64,000 nt of DNA from a virus (taxonomy: Duplodnaviria > Heunggongvirae > Uroviricota > Caudoviricetes). Within the stretch, counting starts at the first letter, position 1; each line of letters begins with the position of its first letter. The position numbers and the translations under genes were made by a program. The notes under the pieces are model-generated. The model made no database searches and was not told the origin of the DNA. It worked only from the letters and a program-made list of their open reading frames with translations. Of this stretch, positions 1 to 8,784 are shown piece by piece. Location of the stretch: IMG/VR virus record IMGVR_UViG_3300021431_000083. One strand, given 5' to 3'.

Positions 1-167
1 CAGGCTTAACCTTGCGCTCACGCGGCTTGGACTTGGCCTTCTCCGCACGATCCTTCAGGAACTCAACTGCGTCAGTTACGTCAAACTCGATCTCAGGCTC
101 AGCACCCTCCAGGATGGCGATGGTAGCCGCAAACTTCTCAGCGATGGTGATCTTCTTCTCGGTCATA
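1..167 (-). CDS. hypothetical acidic protein; 5' part only, gene continues past the window start. N-terminus MTEKKITIAEKFAATIAILEGAEPEIEF...
   Basis: ATG at 165-167 (read on minus) preceded by an AAGGAG-like RBS. No stop through the window edge. About 58% GC with GC3-rich codons, unlike the rest of the window. Confidence 0.5.
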
Positions 168-289
168 ACAATCTCCTTGTCTGCTCTTACGAGCGGTCTC
201 GTTTTGGAAATGAAATTTCTTTTTCACTTCCTGGGAGGACGTCCCACAAAGGGGTTCCTTTCTTATCTCTCCCTTTTCCTTACATATAT

Positions 290-319
290 ATTATATCATA
301 TTTTTCTTTCAGCCGTCAA
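290..319 (-). promoter_or_regulatory. consensus sigma70-type promoter module: TTGACG, 18-nt spacer, TATAAT, then ATATATGTAAG
   Basis: Read on the minus strand. Confidence 0.5.
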
Positions 320-396
320 GTTTTATTTTTAAGCTTCTGAAAGAAAACTGATATGTAAGAATTTGAGTTATTTTCTTCTCTCTTTCTTACAAATAT

Positions 397-426
397 ATTA
401 TAGCATAAATATTGGGCAGCTGGCAA
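397..426 (-). promoter_or_regulatory. consensus promoter module (TTGCCA, 18-nt spacer, TATAAT)
   Basis: Same motif family, in tandem with the previous one. Confidence 0.45.
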
Positions 427-761
427 CTAATTTTTTATTCCAAGAGAGTTGAAAATAAAAATCGTGTGCGGGACTCGTGCGGTGCAGACGTTAAAAAATT
501 TTTAGGACTCGATGTCGGAAATTACTTGACAGCAGCTGTTAATATGTGCGCACCCAAGTCCCTTGGTGTGAGTAGTTCAATTTAAGAAATCTTATTATTT
601 CCTTGACTTTTCTTTGTTTTCATAGGCCATTAAACACACATTAATGCAATGCCGCACAAACTCCGCAATAGTCATACTTTTTTGTTCAGCAAATTTATCT
701 AATCGTTTTTTCATAGTTGGAGTAACCGCAACATTAAGTTGAATACTTTTTCTTTCAGGCA

Positions 762-1382
762 TTATACCTCTCCTTGTTCATTATAATCAACTAATACACA
801 ATTATCATTAAAACTAAAAGCTATTAATTCATATCGACAACCTCTTTTAATTTCATTATGATATTTAATACGAATATAATTTCTATTTTCTAAAAATTCA
901 AGGATCGCTCCTATTTTATCCATAGTAAATCTTGTATATTCCCAATTCAATTCTTCAATGATTTTTCTTTTACTAAACATAAAATTAGTATACAAATTAT
1001 GATACTGACGAGATTTAATTTTATACTTTAAATAACAATATACTTGAATAATTTCTATATCAACTTTATTTTCTGCAAAATGCCAAGCTATATCATTATG
1101 GACAGATACAAAACGTTTATGACATACAAAATTTTCATTAGGAATATATCCGCATCCTTCATGAATTAACATTCCTTCATGAAGTAAAGCAATAATATTT
1201 TTATCTGTTAATTCTACGTTAAAATCATCTTTATAAATTTTAATTAATTCATATTTTTTAAATGAAATTTTTTCATCTCTTTCTAAAATCTCATTCAATA
1301 ATCCTATATAAAACATTTGTTGAAAATTAAAACCATTATATGAATCATTATCCATATAAACTAAACATTCGTTCTTTCTCAT
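762..1382 (-). CDS. hypothetical protein (206 aa)
   Basis: Intact ORF in the track. TAA stop. Same strand and operon-like packing as its neighbours. Confidence 0.6.
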   Translation of the reverse strand: MRKNECLVYMDNDSYNGFNFQQMFYIGLLNEILERDEKISFKKYELIKIYKDDFNVELTDKNIIALLHEGMLIHEGCGYIPNENFVCHKRFVSVHNDIAWHFAENKVDIEIIQVYCYLKYKIKSRQYHNLYTNFMFSKRKIIEELNWEYTRFTMDKIGAILEFLENRNYIRIKYHNEIKRGCRYELIAFSFNDNCVLVDYNEQGEV

Positions 1383-1385
1383 TAT

Positions 1386-1973
1386 TTACTCCTTCACATA
1401 GATAACCTTTGGATGATCATCTATGTTATCGCCATCCATTTTAATATATCCTCTGTCAACAAGCATTTCTACACCATGCCGCAATCGTGGGATGGTTTTT
1501 GAACTTGAACTAGAATATTTACCTTCATTAACAATATTTATTAAATACAAATAATAACGATTTTTAAAACAAGTAAAACCATTTCTTAATATAATAAAAT
1601 CATATAAAGCATAAGGCTTATCTTTATTATTTTCTCCAAAATCTATTAAGGCAAGTTCTAAGCTTGTTGCTCTAGTAATTAAACAATATTTACCTTCTAC
1701 TTTTGGAAATACATACTTATCATTTTGTTTTACTATAATGCCAGTATCATACATTAATTGTAAACTACTTTTCACTGTTGATACTTTCTTTTTAAGCATT
1801 TTAGCAATGTTACTTTGACTTCCGCAATGTTTAATATCAACATATTCACATTCATTTCCTACATCGTAAGAGGCTAATCCTTTCAGATACATATATACAT
1901 CTAAACCTTGAAGATTATTTCCAAATACTCTTCTTTCACATGGAATGGCGGTACTATATTCTTTACCAACCAT
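1386..1973 (-). CDS. hypothetical protein (195 aa); possible DNA-binding or initiator protein next to the iteron array
   Basis: Intact ORF, TAA stop. Its upstream intergenic region carries 21-bp-spaced direct repeats. Confidence 0.55.
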   Translation of the reverse strand: MVGKEYSTAIPCERRVFGNNLQGLDVYMYLKGLASYDVGNECEYVDIKHCGSQSNIAKMLKKKVSTVKSSLQLMYDTGIIVKQNDKYVFPKVEGKYCLITRATSLELALIDFGENNKDKPYALYDFIILRNGFTCFKNRYYLYLINIVNEGKYSSSSSKTIPRLRHGVEMLVDRGYIKMDGDNIDDHPKVIYVKE

Positions 1974-2013
1974 AACTATTCTCCTTTTAAATTTTCTATG
2001 CAGAAAATTTAAA

Positions 2014-2066
2014 CTATATAAAAACTATATAAAGACTATATAAAAGCTATATAAAGACTATATACT
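2014..2066. repeat. five CTATATAAA-like direct repeats at about 11-bp spacing (AT-rich element)
   Basis: Seen directly: ctatataaa, ctatataaag, ctatataaaag, ctatataaag, ctatatac. Confidence 0.6.
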
Positions 2067-2080
2067 ATATATGTTACTCC

Positions 2081-2196
2081 AATTTCGTCCATTTTATACT
2101 CCAATTTCGTCCGCCAAGCAGTTAATTTCGTCCGTTGAGCAGTTAATTTCGTCCATTTGCTAGTAGAATTCGTCCGTTTACTAGTTAATTTCGTCC
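2081..2196. repeat. iteron array: six AATTTCGTCC direct repeats at 20-22 bp spacing. One copy is degenerate (AATTCGTCC).
   Basis: Repeat starts at 2081, 2103, 2124, 2145, 2167 and 2187. The extended unit is nnCAGTTAATTTCGTCC. The last copy overlaps the 3' end of the RHH gene. Confidence 0.7.
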
Positions 2197-2334
2197 ATAT
2201 CTAACAGATAAAATATATCTTAATAGCTCACTTTGACTCATATCTTTTTCTTTTGCCTCTTTAACCAACGCATCTTTTAAAAAACGTGGCACTCTTGCGG
2301 CAATACGTATTTCATCTTTTTTATTTTCCATCAT
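2185..2334 (-). CDS. ribbon-helix-helix (CopG/Arc/ParG-like) DNA-binding protein, 49 aa (MMENKKDEIRIAARVPRFLKDALVKEAKEKDMSQSELLRYILSVRYGRN)
   Basis: Not in the ORF track because it is under 60 aa. Strong RBS GGAGG 7 nt upstream. Typical RHH beta-strand plus two helices. TAA stop. Confidence 0.6.
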   Translation of the reverse strand: MMENKKDEIRIAARVPRFLKDALVKEAKEKDMSQSELLRYILSVRYGRN

Positions 2335-2474
2335 ACCTCCTTTTTCCCATTTGGGAAACAAAAATTGAATAAATAAAAATAGGGCTATAAAAGCCCTATT
2401 TAACTTTCTATTATATATAATTTTAAGCCTAGATTCCTAACTCAATTTTGTTAAATAACTATAAAAAATTTTAA

Positions 2475-2852
2475 CTAATAATCATACATAGTACAAATAT
2501 GATATCCATAATCACTAATATCAGTATCCCAATCAGTAAAGAACTTTACAGCTTTACTAATATCTTTAGCCCGAGTCTTAACCTCCTCCATGTTTTCGAG
2601 ACTTAATTCATCCCCAGACTCACCTAGAAAGATACCGAAAATAACCCTATCAGAATACCATAACTGATCATCTTCAACAAACACATATTGACCATATTTA
2701 TGATGTTCCATAGCCCACTCAATAGGATGAATATCCTCATTATCAACAAGCACTGTGCGGCCGTCCCTGTCACGGTAAGAATCTACTTGCGGCATCTGCG
2801 TAATATCATCAGCTGTGGCCGCATACCCATAAATCAAAGCTCCCCACGCCAT
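2475..2852 (-). CDS. hypothetical protein (125 aa)
   Basis: Intact ORF, TAG stop. Confidence 0.5.
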   Translation of the reverse strand: MAWGALIYGYAATADDITQMPQVDSYRDRDGRTVLVDNEDIHPIEWAMEHHKYGQYVFVEDDQLWYSDRVIFGIFLGESGDELSLENMEEVKTRAKDISKAVKFFTDWDTDISDYGYHICTMYDY

Positions 2853-2854
2853 AA

Positions 2855-3049
2855 TTAATCCTCTTCCCTTACATAGAACTTAGCAATTTCATTATCACTT
2901 TCATTCTTACAAACAATATAAGTAAAACCAGGATTCAAAATTGCACTCTCTGCCGCACTCTTTAAAGCATCTATCTTTCTGGGTGTAGACATTCGTATAG
3001 AGAGCATTTCACCAAACATCCCTCGCAGCACAAAATAAATATCTTCCAT
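2855..3049 (-). CDS. hypothetical protein (64 aa)
   Basis: Intact ORF, TAA stop. Confidence 0.45.
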   Translation of the reverse strand: MEDIYFVLRGMFGEMLSIRMSTPRKIDALKSAAESAILNPGFTYIVCKNESDNEIAKFYVREED

Positions 3050-3067
3050 TTCTTTCTTTCTCTTGGA

Positions 3068-3337
3068 CTACCAACTAACTCTATATATCTTTCTACCATT
3101 CGTAGCTAACATTTTAAATGGTTTAACTTTATAACCAAGCTGAACGAGTTTTGCAATTACTTCTTGCTCTACAATAAAATCTCCACACTCAGCTCCGCAA
3201 AAATTCATACCATATCGTCCATGCTCAATTGCTATTAAAATATATCTAAATAAAGTATCAAGCACCATTGAAACTTGTTTATCTAAATCAATTCTAACCT
3301 TAGTAGTTTGTTGATTAGCTTCTGCCGCAGTCAACAT
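3068..3337 (-). CDS. small protein, paralog 1 of a 5-member tandem family (N-term M-x-T/S-A-A-E/Q/D-A, central LGYKV, C-terminal W)
   Basis: Intact ORF. Ends TGG-TAG, where the TAG sits inside the RBS TAGGAGAG of the next cistron. Confidence 0.6.
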   Translation of the reverse strand: MLTAAEANQQTTKVRIDLDKQVSMVLDTLFRYILIAIEHGRYGMNFCGAECGDFIVEQEVIAKLVQLGYKVKPFKMLATNGRKIYRVSW

Positions 3338-3347
3338 ATTAATTTAC

Positions 3348-3599
3348 CTACCAATTAATTACATATATAGGGCAACCATGCTTCTGAAATTCTTGCTTAA
3401 CCACTTCATACCCTAAATTTTTAAATTCTTGTACCATAAAATCTTCTAGTTCTAAATGTTCAACAATAAAAAGTAAATAATCTTTACCTTTTAAAGCTTG
3501 CTCTTTAATCCAAGGAGATAACTTTTCAACATTTTCTTTAGCTTTTGCTCTACTAACAGAATCATCAGTAATTTTACGAGCTTCTGCGGCACTTATCAT
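3348..3599 (-). CDS. small protein, paralog 2 of the tandem family
   Basis: Same architecture: MISAAEARKI... NLGYEV ...W, then TAG. Confidence 0.6.
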   Translation of the reverse strand: MISAAEARKITDDSVSRAKAKENVEKLSPWIKEQALKGKDYLLFIVEHLELEDFMVQEFKNLGYEVVKQEFQKHGCPIYVINW

Positions 3600-3608
3600 A
3601 TTACTCTC

Positions 3609-3869
3609 CTACCATTGAATATAGCAAATATTATCTTTCCAAAAATCAAAACTAACTTTATAACCAAGATCTCTTAATACATGAACTATGGGCATACGAG
3701 TATCAAAAGGATAATTAGAAAGATCAAGATCATATTTACAATAACCTTTATTAGCGTCTGTTTCAATACTAATAAGAATACCCTTCACGTATGATTTTAC
3801 TCGTACTTCATCTTTATTTTTCTTACTAGCTTCCTGAGAAATTTTATGAGCTTGTGCGGCAGTTAACAT
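3609..3869 (-). CDS. small protein, paralog 3 of the tandem family
   Basis: MLTAAQAHKI... DLGYKV ...W, then TAG. Confidence 0.6.
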   Translation of the reverse strand: MLTAAQAHKISQEASKKNKDEVRVKSYVKGILISIETDANKGYCKYDLDLSNYPFDTRMPIVHVLRDLGYKVSFDFWKDNICYIQW

Positions 3870-3878
3870 TAAATTCTC

Positions 3879-4157
3879 CTACCAACTAACAACATACAAG
3901 TTTGGATTCAATGAAAGATTATAAAAAAATCCTCGCTTTTTAACGTTATAACCAAGATTTTCTAGTTTACAAATCACTAATTCACGAACCTCTTTCGGAC
4001 AATAATCAAGATCAATAGAACGTTCATGAAAACCAGCATTAGCATCGCTTCGTATTCCATAAAGAATACCATCAGCCATTCTTTTTGCATATTTTTCAAA
4101 ATAATCTTGTTCTCCAACATTTTGAGAAATTCTATGAGCATCCGCCGCAGTAAACAT
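3879..4157 (-). CDS. small protein, paralog 4 of the tandem family
   Basis: MFTAADAHRI... NLGYNV ...W, then TAG. Confidence 0.6.
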   Translation of the reverse strand: MFTAADAHRISQNVGEQDYFEKYAKRMADGILYGIRSDANAGFHERSIDLDYCPKEVRELVICKLENLGYNVKKRGFFYNLSLNPNLYVVSW

Positions 4158-4166
4158 TAAACTCTC

Positions 4167-4430
4167 CTACCAGCTAATAATATAAATACTATTACTAAAC
4201 CAAGTATACGGTCGAACCTTATAACCGAGGTCCTCTAGTTTATGAATAATGGGTATACGAATCTTTTTAGGATAATCTCTAAGATCAAGAGTATGCTGAC
4301 AATATCCGCAACCAGCATCTTTTCGTACTCCAACAAGAATACCTTCTACACAACGTTTTGTGTGCTTTTCAATTTCATCTACTTCACCAGCATTTTGAGA
4401 AATTTCACGAGCTTCTTTAGCAGTCAGCAT
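4167..4430 (-). CDS. small protein, paralog 5 of the tandem family. Start taken at the internal Met (MLTAKEAREI) that follows an RBS.
   Basis: The track ORF is 4167..4454. GGAAAGGA RBS lies ahead of the ATG at 4430. DLGYKV ...W, then TAG. Confidence 0.55.
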   Translation of the reverse strand: MLTAKEAREISQNAGEVDEIEKHTKRCVEGILVGVRKDAGCGYCQHTLDLRDYPKKIRIPIIHKLEDLGYKVRPYTWFSNSIYIISW

Positions 4431-4458
4431 AATACAATTCCTTTCCCTTAACAATTAT

Positions 4459-4488
4459 ATTATACCATAAATATTGTTCATTAGTCAA
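4459..4488 (-). promoter_or_regulatory. consensus promoter module (TTGACT, 18-nt spacer, TATAAT)
   Basis: Upstream of the five-paralog operon. Confidence 0.5.
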
Positions 4489-4499
4489 TAAAAATTTTA

Positions 4500-4826
4500 T
4501 TAACTTTTTATACTATAATCACAACAACATTGCCGCATTTGTTTATTCAAATAATCTGTAGCACTCTCTTTTGAAGCATTCAATTTACAAATATCAAGAA
4601 CTGTAGTATAATTAGAACCATCTCCATAAATTTCGTTCCAATTATTTACAGCAGTGGTAATTAACATATCGGACACTCGACCGCAATCACATTCAACTTG
4701 CCAAGCATTATTATAATGCCAAATTTTAGGATATTCTCCGCACTTCTTACATTTACTTGGAGTCGCAATTATTTCAGAAAAAATAAAACCATATATAAAA
4801 CCAGAATCAAAATATTGATTATTCAT
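4500..4826 (-). CDS. Cys-rich putative zinc-binding protein (CKKCGEYP ... CDCGR)
   Basis: The track ORF is 4500..4874. The start is probably the ATG that overlaps the upstream TAA (TAATG). Confidence 0.45.
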   Translation of the reverse strand: MNNQYFDSGFIYGFIFSEIIATPSKCKKCGEYPKIWHYNNAWQVECDCGRVSDMLITTAVNNWNEIYGDGSNYTTVLDICKLNASKESATDYLNKQMRQCCCDYSIKS

Positions 4827-5152
4827 TATTTCACATCCATAAATTCTTGCGGCGTAGGGCATAACATGATACACAAAGGCTTCTCAAATAATCTATGATA
4901 CTTAAGCCGCACATCACCATTATGACTATAATGCTTACTAATCCAAGTACGATCTTTAAAGACTATTCTAAATTCATCTTTAAGTTTATCAATGTCCCAA
5001 GGAACCTGTTCCGCACGTGCCCAAAAATCATTAACATGTAAACCTAATCCACCAACAAGAATAAAGTCTACATCTTCTACACTCTTACCTTCCTCTTGGA
5101 TTTTGCGGCACAGAGCCTCTGCCAGTGATACATACACTTTACCATTAGTCAT
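4826..5152 (-). CDS. hypothetical protein (108 aa)
   Basis: Intact ORF, TAA stop. Confidence 0.5.
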   Translation of the reverse strand: MTNGKVYVSLAEALCRKIQEEGKSVEDVDFILVGGLGLHVNDFWARAEQVPWDIDKLKDEFRIVFKDRTWISKHYSHNGDVRLKYHRLFEKPLCIMLCPTPQEFMDVK

Positions 5153-5417
5153 TAAGATTTACCTTTGCTTGACAAAAACTACCAATAAGACAAAGAGCAA
5201 GCCAAACACCAGTCGCAAATGCCCATGACCATTCAAAAGCAAATGCGGTTCCTGCCCAAAGCAAACTAATCCAATAGACAACCAAACAAGTAAGTCCCCA
5301 ACTAACAGCAAGTGCGGCCAGTATAATAAAAATCATTAAAAATACAATACCAATTGTACTTTGAATGCCAGTAATTCTACTCCAACGACTCATAATTAAT
5401 CCTTCCAAATCAAACAA
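5145..5417 (-). CDS. small integral membrane protein (2-3 predicted TM helices)
   Basis: Long hydrophobic stretches: IVFLMIFIILAALAVSWGLTCLVVYWISLLWAGTAFAF... Confidence 0.5.
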   Translation of the reverse strand: MFDLEGLIMSRWSRITGIQSTIGIVFLMIFIILAALAVSWGLTCLVVYWISLLWAGTAFAFEWSWAFATGVWLALCLIGSFCQAKVNLND

Positions 5418-5614
5418 GTAAGTTTTCCATCTTCAATATCAATATCGCTTACCCAATAGTTACCATATTTAGCGAGATTACGAATATTAAAATCAATGGA
5501 CGTAAATTCACCAGTATCTTCATAAACTTTAGACTTGTCCCATAAAACAATTTTTATATGATCTTGCGGCTCTAGCCATGTCGTCGCATTAATTAATTCT
5601 ACTAAAGTAATCAT
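5396..5614 (-). CDS. hypothetical protein (72 aa)
   Basis: Intact ORF, TAA stop. Confidence 0.45.
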   Translation of the reverse strand: MITLVELINATTWLEPQDHIKIVLWDKSKVYEDTGEFTSIDFNIRNLAKYGNYWVSDIDIEDGKLTCLIWKD

Positions 5615-5826
5615 TATACATCTAATACCTTTCTAATATTATCATCATGATCAATCCATCCACTATCCCAGCCTTCATTATATCCAACTAAATATCCTAG
5701 TTTATAGGCTTCGTCTAAATAAGAGCTGAGACTATTCAACTTTTTAATATCAGGACGATCAGCATTTATTCCTAATTCTCGATATAACCATTGTTTAGCT
5801 ACTTCAAACGCATCATATCCTACCAT
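5614..5826 (-). CDS. hypothetical protein (70 aa)
   Basis: Intact ORF, TAA stop. Confidence 0.45.
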   Translation of the reverse strand: MVGYDAFEVAKQWLYRELGINADRPDIKKLNSLSSYLDEAYKLGYLVGYNEGWDSGWIDHDDNIRKVLDV

Positions 5827-5999
5827 TGCAGCTCCGTTAAATTTTCTTCTAAACCTTTATCATATCCATAACTGCGGCCAGCTTCATAAACTTCCATAAG
5901 CACAACCGCAAGATCATCTACAAGTTCATTAAGAACCATATCATCGTAATCAACACCCGTGCGGTTTTCTAACCAAGTTCTAGCAATATCTTCAAACAT
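5820..5999 (-). CDS. hypothetical protein (59 aa). Its end overlaps the next start as ATGGTAG.
   Basis: Hand translation MFEDIARTWLENRTGVDYDDMVL... ending LQW then TAG. Confidence 0.4.
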   Translation of the reverse strand: MFEDIARTWLENRTGVDYDDMVLNELVDDLAVVLMEVYEAGRSYGYDKGLEENLTELQW

Positions 6000-6076
6000 T
6001 TCTTACCTTTCGCTGAACAAAGAATTTAAAAAGATACTAACAAGAATACTCACTATCATTGATGTTACTATAACCT

Positions 6077-6583
6077 CTACCAATTCTGAACCACCCTCAA
6101 ACTTCCTCCGCACTTGCCGCACCCATAAAAATCAGGGTGTTTAACAACTTTACCAGCTCGGTTATAATGTACCTCATTGCCGCACTCATCACATTTAACT
6201 GTATATTTAAAAATTTTATCATCACTTACAGTACGTTCAACTTTAGTCCGCGGTCGATCTGTACTACAACCTATCTTGCGGCACATAGCTTTAAAAACTT
6301 CATCATGACCATGAGGCTCACCAGTTTCAGTTAATACGGCCCAGTGTGCAAACTCATGAAGAATGGTTTGCCGCACACTCTCATCTGTCGAAGTTTCAAG
6401 AAACTGCCGACTAAATTCAATCTTTTCAGGCTCGTAAGAATCAAATGCTGCAGGTACAGCAATAACCCTTCCAAGAGTACGAGTAAGTCTGCCATTAATC
6501 TTAACAGGTGTATCAAAAACTAAATCGACACTTGCCGCAAGCTCCCGCATATAACTTTCTATCTCTTGGATTGTCCAGGTCAT
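6077..6583 (-). CDS. SprT-like zinc metallopeptidase domain protein with a C-terminal zinc ribbon
   Basis: HExxH motif (ILHEFAHWAV), then CDECGN ... CGKCGG. TAG stop. Confidence 0.55.
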   Translation of the reverse strand: MTWTIQEIESYMRELAASVDLVFDTPVKINGRLTRTLGRVIAVPAAFDSYEPEKIEFSRQFLETSTDESVRQTILHEFAHWAVLTETGEPHGHDEVFKAMCRKIGCSTDRPRTKVERTVSDDKIFKYTVKCDECGNEVHYNRAGKVVKHPDFYGCGKCGGSLRVVQNW

Positions 6584-6598
6584 ATTTATCTCCCTTCT

Positions 6599-6796
6599 CT
6601 ATCCAAACTTAATAATAAAACCTTGCGGCACTCGCTTAATCTTACCATATGGTTTACATAGTTTAATGATACGTCGTCTATTCTTAAAACCTTTTATTGC
6701 AATTTCTTTCCAATCAAATGCTTTCTCCCTAATGCCGCATTCACAAGCAATTCGCATACTTTCAATAATATCATTCATAGTACTATATTGAATCAT
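6599..6796 (-). CDS. hypothetical protein (65 aa)
   Basis: Intact ORF. Confidence 0.4.
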   Translation of the reverse strand: MIQYSTMNDIIESMRIACECGIREKAFDWKEIAIKGFKNRRRIIKLCKPYGKIKRVPQGFIIKFG

Positions 6797-7002
6797 TAGT
6801 CTACCTTTCTAACAGAGCTTTGCGGCATGTGCTTAACTAAAGTATTACGTTCTTTTATATAAATATCATAATATGGCTCTGAATTATCGAAAAAATATCC
6901 AAACTTATCAATAATTTCGATAGTTCCAGTATAATCTTTACCATCGAGAGAAAAAGAAACCTTGTCACCATAATTATAAAGTACATCTTTAACTTTAGAC
7001 AT
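6796..7002 (-). CDS. hypothetical protein (68 aa)
   Basis: Intact ORF, followed by a consensus promoter upstream. Confidence 0.45.
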   Translation of the reverse strand: MSKVKDVLYNYGDKVSFSLDGKDYTGTIEIIDKFGYFFDNSEPYYDIYIKERNTLVKHMPQSSVRKVD

Positions 7003-7029
7003 AATATATTCCTTTCTTTCTATAAATAT

Positions 7030-7059
7030 ATTATATCATATTTATTGTGCGGCTGTCAA
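7030..7059 (-). promoter_or_regulatory. consensus promoter module (TTGACA-GCCGCA, 18-nt spacer, TATAAT-ATATTTATA)
   Basis: Best match to the consensus. Confidence 0.55.
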
Positions 7060-7069
7060 TAAATAAAAA

Positions 7070-7105
7070 AAAAGACCTGTCATATAATAGACAGGTCTTG
7101 TCTTT
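7070..7105. terminator. rho-independent terminator hairpin (AGACCTGTC ... GACAGGTCT) with flanking A/T runs
   Basis: Perfect 9-bp inverted repeat. It lies between the promoter at 7030-7059 and the end of the gene at 7106. Confidence 0.6.
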
Positions 7106-7609
7106 TTATTCTTTAGGAGGTATAGGGCTTATAGGGCTAGGAGAAACAAAAGGAAAATTAATATCTCCACAAGTAAAATTCACATTACCATCAGAAGAAA
7201 TAAAAAACGTTGTGTTTGCAGTAGAATTAGAGCATGATATACCATCAGTATCACTAGAATAAGAATCTAGATAAAAAACATCGAGAAGAACACCTTCTCC
7301 ATTTTCTCACTCAGCAATCTGCTCTACTGATGGCTGAGGATCAAGGTTTGGATCGACTTCAATTTTATTTATTGTTCTTACAACGACGGGGATACGTTTA
7401 CCAGCTTCTGCGTACTCTCAGAGACGATTGAGCTCATTACCATCAAATCAATCTTCATCATAAAGATCTAGATATGTTTGTATTGTGTTACCACTATATA
7501 TTCGAGAACCACTAGAATCTCGAAAATTAAATGAATGTGTACCTACATTATATAAATTATTATTAGATTGACTAGGATCAAAAGCTAAATAATTTTCAGT
7601 TAGTAACAT
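7106..7609 (-). CDS. hypothetical protein, 167 aa, needs code 4 (three in-frame TGA)
   Basis: Hand translation MLLTENYLAFDPSQSNNNLYNVG ... EQIAEW(TGA)ENGEG ... PIPPKE, TAA stop. Start overlaps the upstream stop (TAATG). Confidence 0.5.
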
Positions 7610-8784
7610 TATGACGCCTCTTTCTCTTGATTGTCAATAATATATTTGTTAACCATAGTAAACCTTAATGGCACTACTTCATTTTCTGCTTCAAGTGCGG
7701 CGATACGATCTAACAAACTAGCAATAGTATGCTCAGTGTTGTTTACATTAACAGTTAGGTCACCAGCTAATCACTCATTACCTTGTCAATCTAAAGTACG
7801 GGCATTAGAATATACCGAAGGAGTACCATTACCAATAATTTCTGCATATTTATTATTAGTGTCTCTTAAATTATACTTACCACTAACATGTTGATAATTA
7901 CCATTAGCTATTGTATAATAACCTTCAGCATGACTTGCTTGTCCGTCTGCTGTAGTGCCTACACCTTCAGTATGACTACTTGGACCATTGGCAATAGTGC
8001 CTGTACCTTCAGCGTGACTATAATTACCATTGGCTGTACTTGTCTGTCAAATTATTTTATTATCAAGATCATATATTTCTTCGCCGCCACCTTCAGCGTG
8101 TGAACTTATTCCATTAGCGATAGTACCTTCACCTTCAGCATGAGAATAAATACCATTAGCTATAGTATTGCTACCTTCAGCATGTGAAAAATTACCATTG
8201 GTTATTGCATAATTACCTTCAGCATGAGAAAAAACACCATTAGCTGTTGTAGTATTACCTTCAGCATGAGAAAAACTATTGTTAGCTTTAGTGGCATTAC
8301 CTTCAGCATGAGAAATATAACCATAAGCCATAGTGCCATTACCTTCGGCATGAGAAAAAGTACCATTGGCTACAGTATTGCTACCTTCAGCATGAGAGCC
8401 GGTTCCGTTGGCTTTAGTATAATGACCTTCAGAATGTGAACCTATATTATTAACTTCAGTATAATAACCTTCAGCATGTGAGCCTGTTCCATCGGCTTTA
8501 GTATTATAACCTTCAGCATGTGAAGAAACACCATCAACTATAGTATTGAAACCTTCAGCATGTGAGTTATTACCATTAGCAGTAGCATAAGGGGTCTGTA
8601 CAGAATAATCACCTGTTCCTCAGTCATAAGGGAGAACTGCATCATCCTGTGATACTCATCTGTTTATACCATTTTCTTCTTCAGATATTTCTTTCACAAG
8701 CGGCATCTTAACATTAGCTCCTCCGCCAGAGCCACCACCATAATTTTTATTTTTAATCATAGAGAGTGTTGCTAAATCCATCAT
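7609..8784 (-). CDS. tail-fibre or receptor-binding-like protein with 13-residue SHAEG repeats, 391 aa, needs code 4
   Basis: N-term MMDLATLSMIKNKNYGGGSGGG. Repeated xSHAEGxxTxAxG units. C-terminal GDLTVN region. Several in-frame TGA, including the one at 8047 that splits the track ORF. TAA stop. Confidence 0.55.

Noticed and set aside
3068-6583. A run of genes ending in Trp plus TAG (TGG TAG) as a possible sign of TAG recoding
   Set aside because: The TAG is part of the downstream RBS (TAGGAGAG) in the paralog array. The terminal W is a conserved family residue. Other early genes end with ordinary TAA or TAG after non-Trp residues. No in-frame TAG was found inside verified ORFs.
8047-8650. 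The 39-bp periodic SHAEG repeat (and similar blocks at 38750-39000) as a possible CRISPR array or noncoding tandem repeat
   Set aside because: The units are imperfect, in frame, and encode a 13-aa protein repeat inside a long ORF. There are no spacer-like unique inserts and no leader or cas context.
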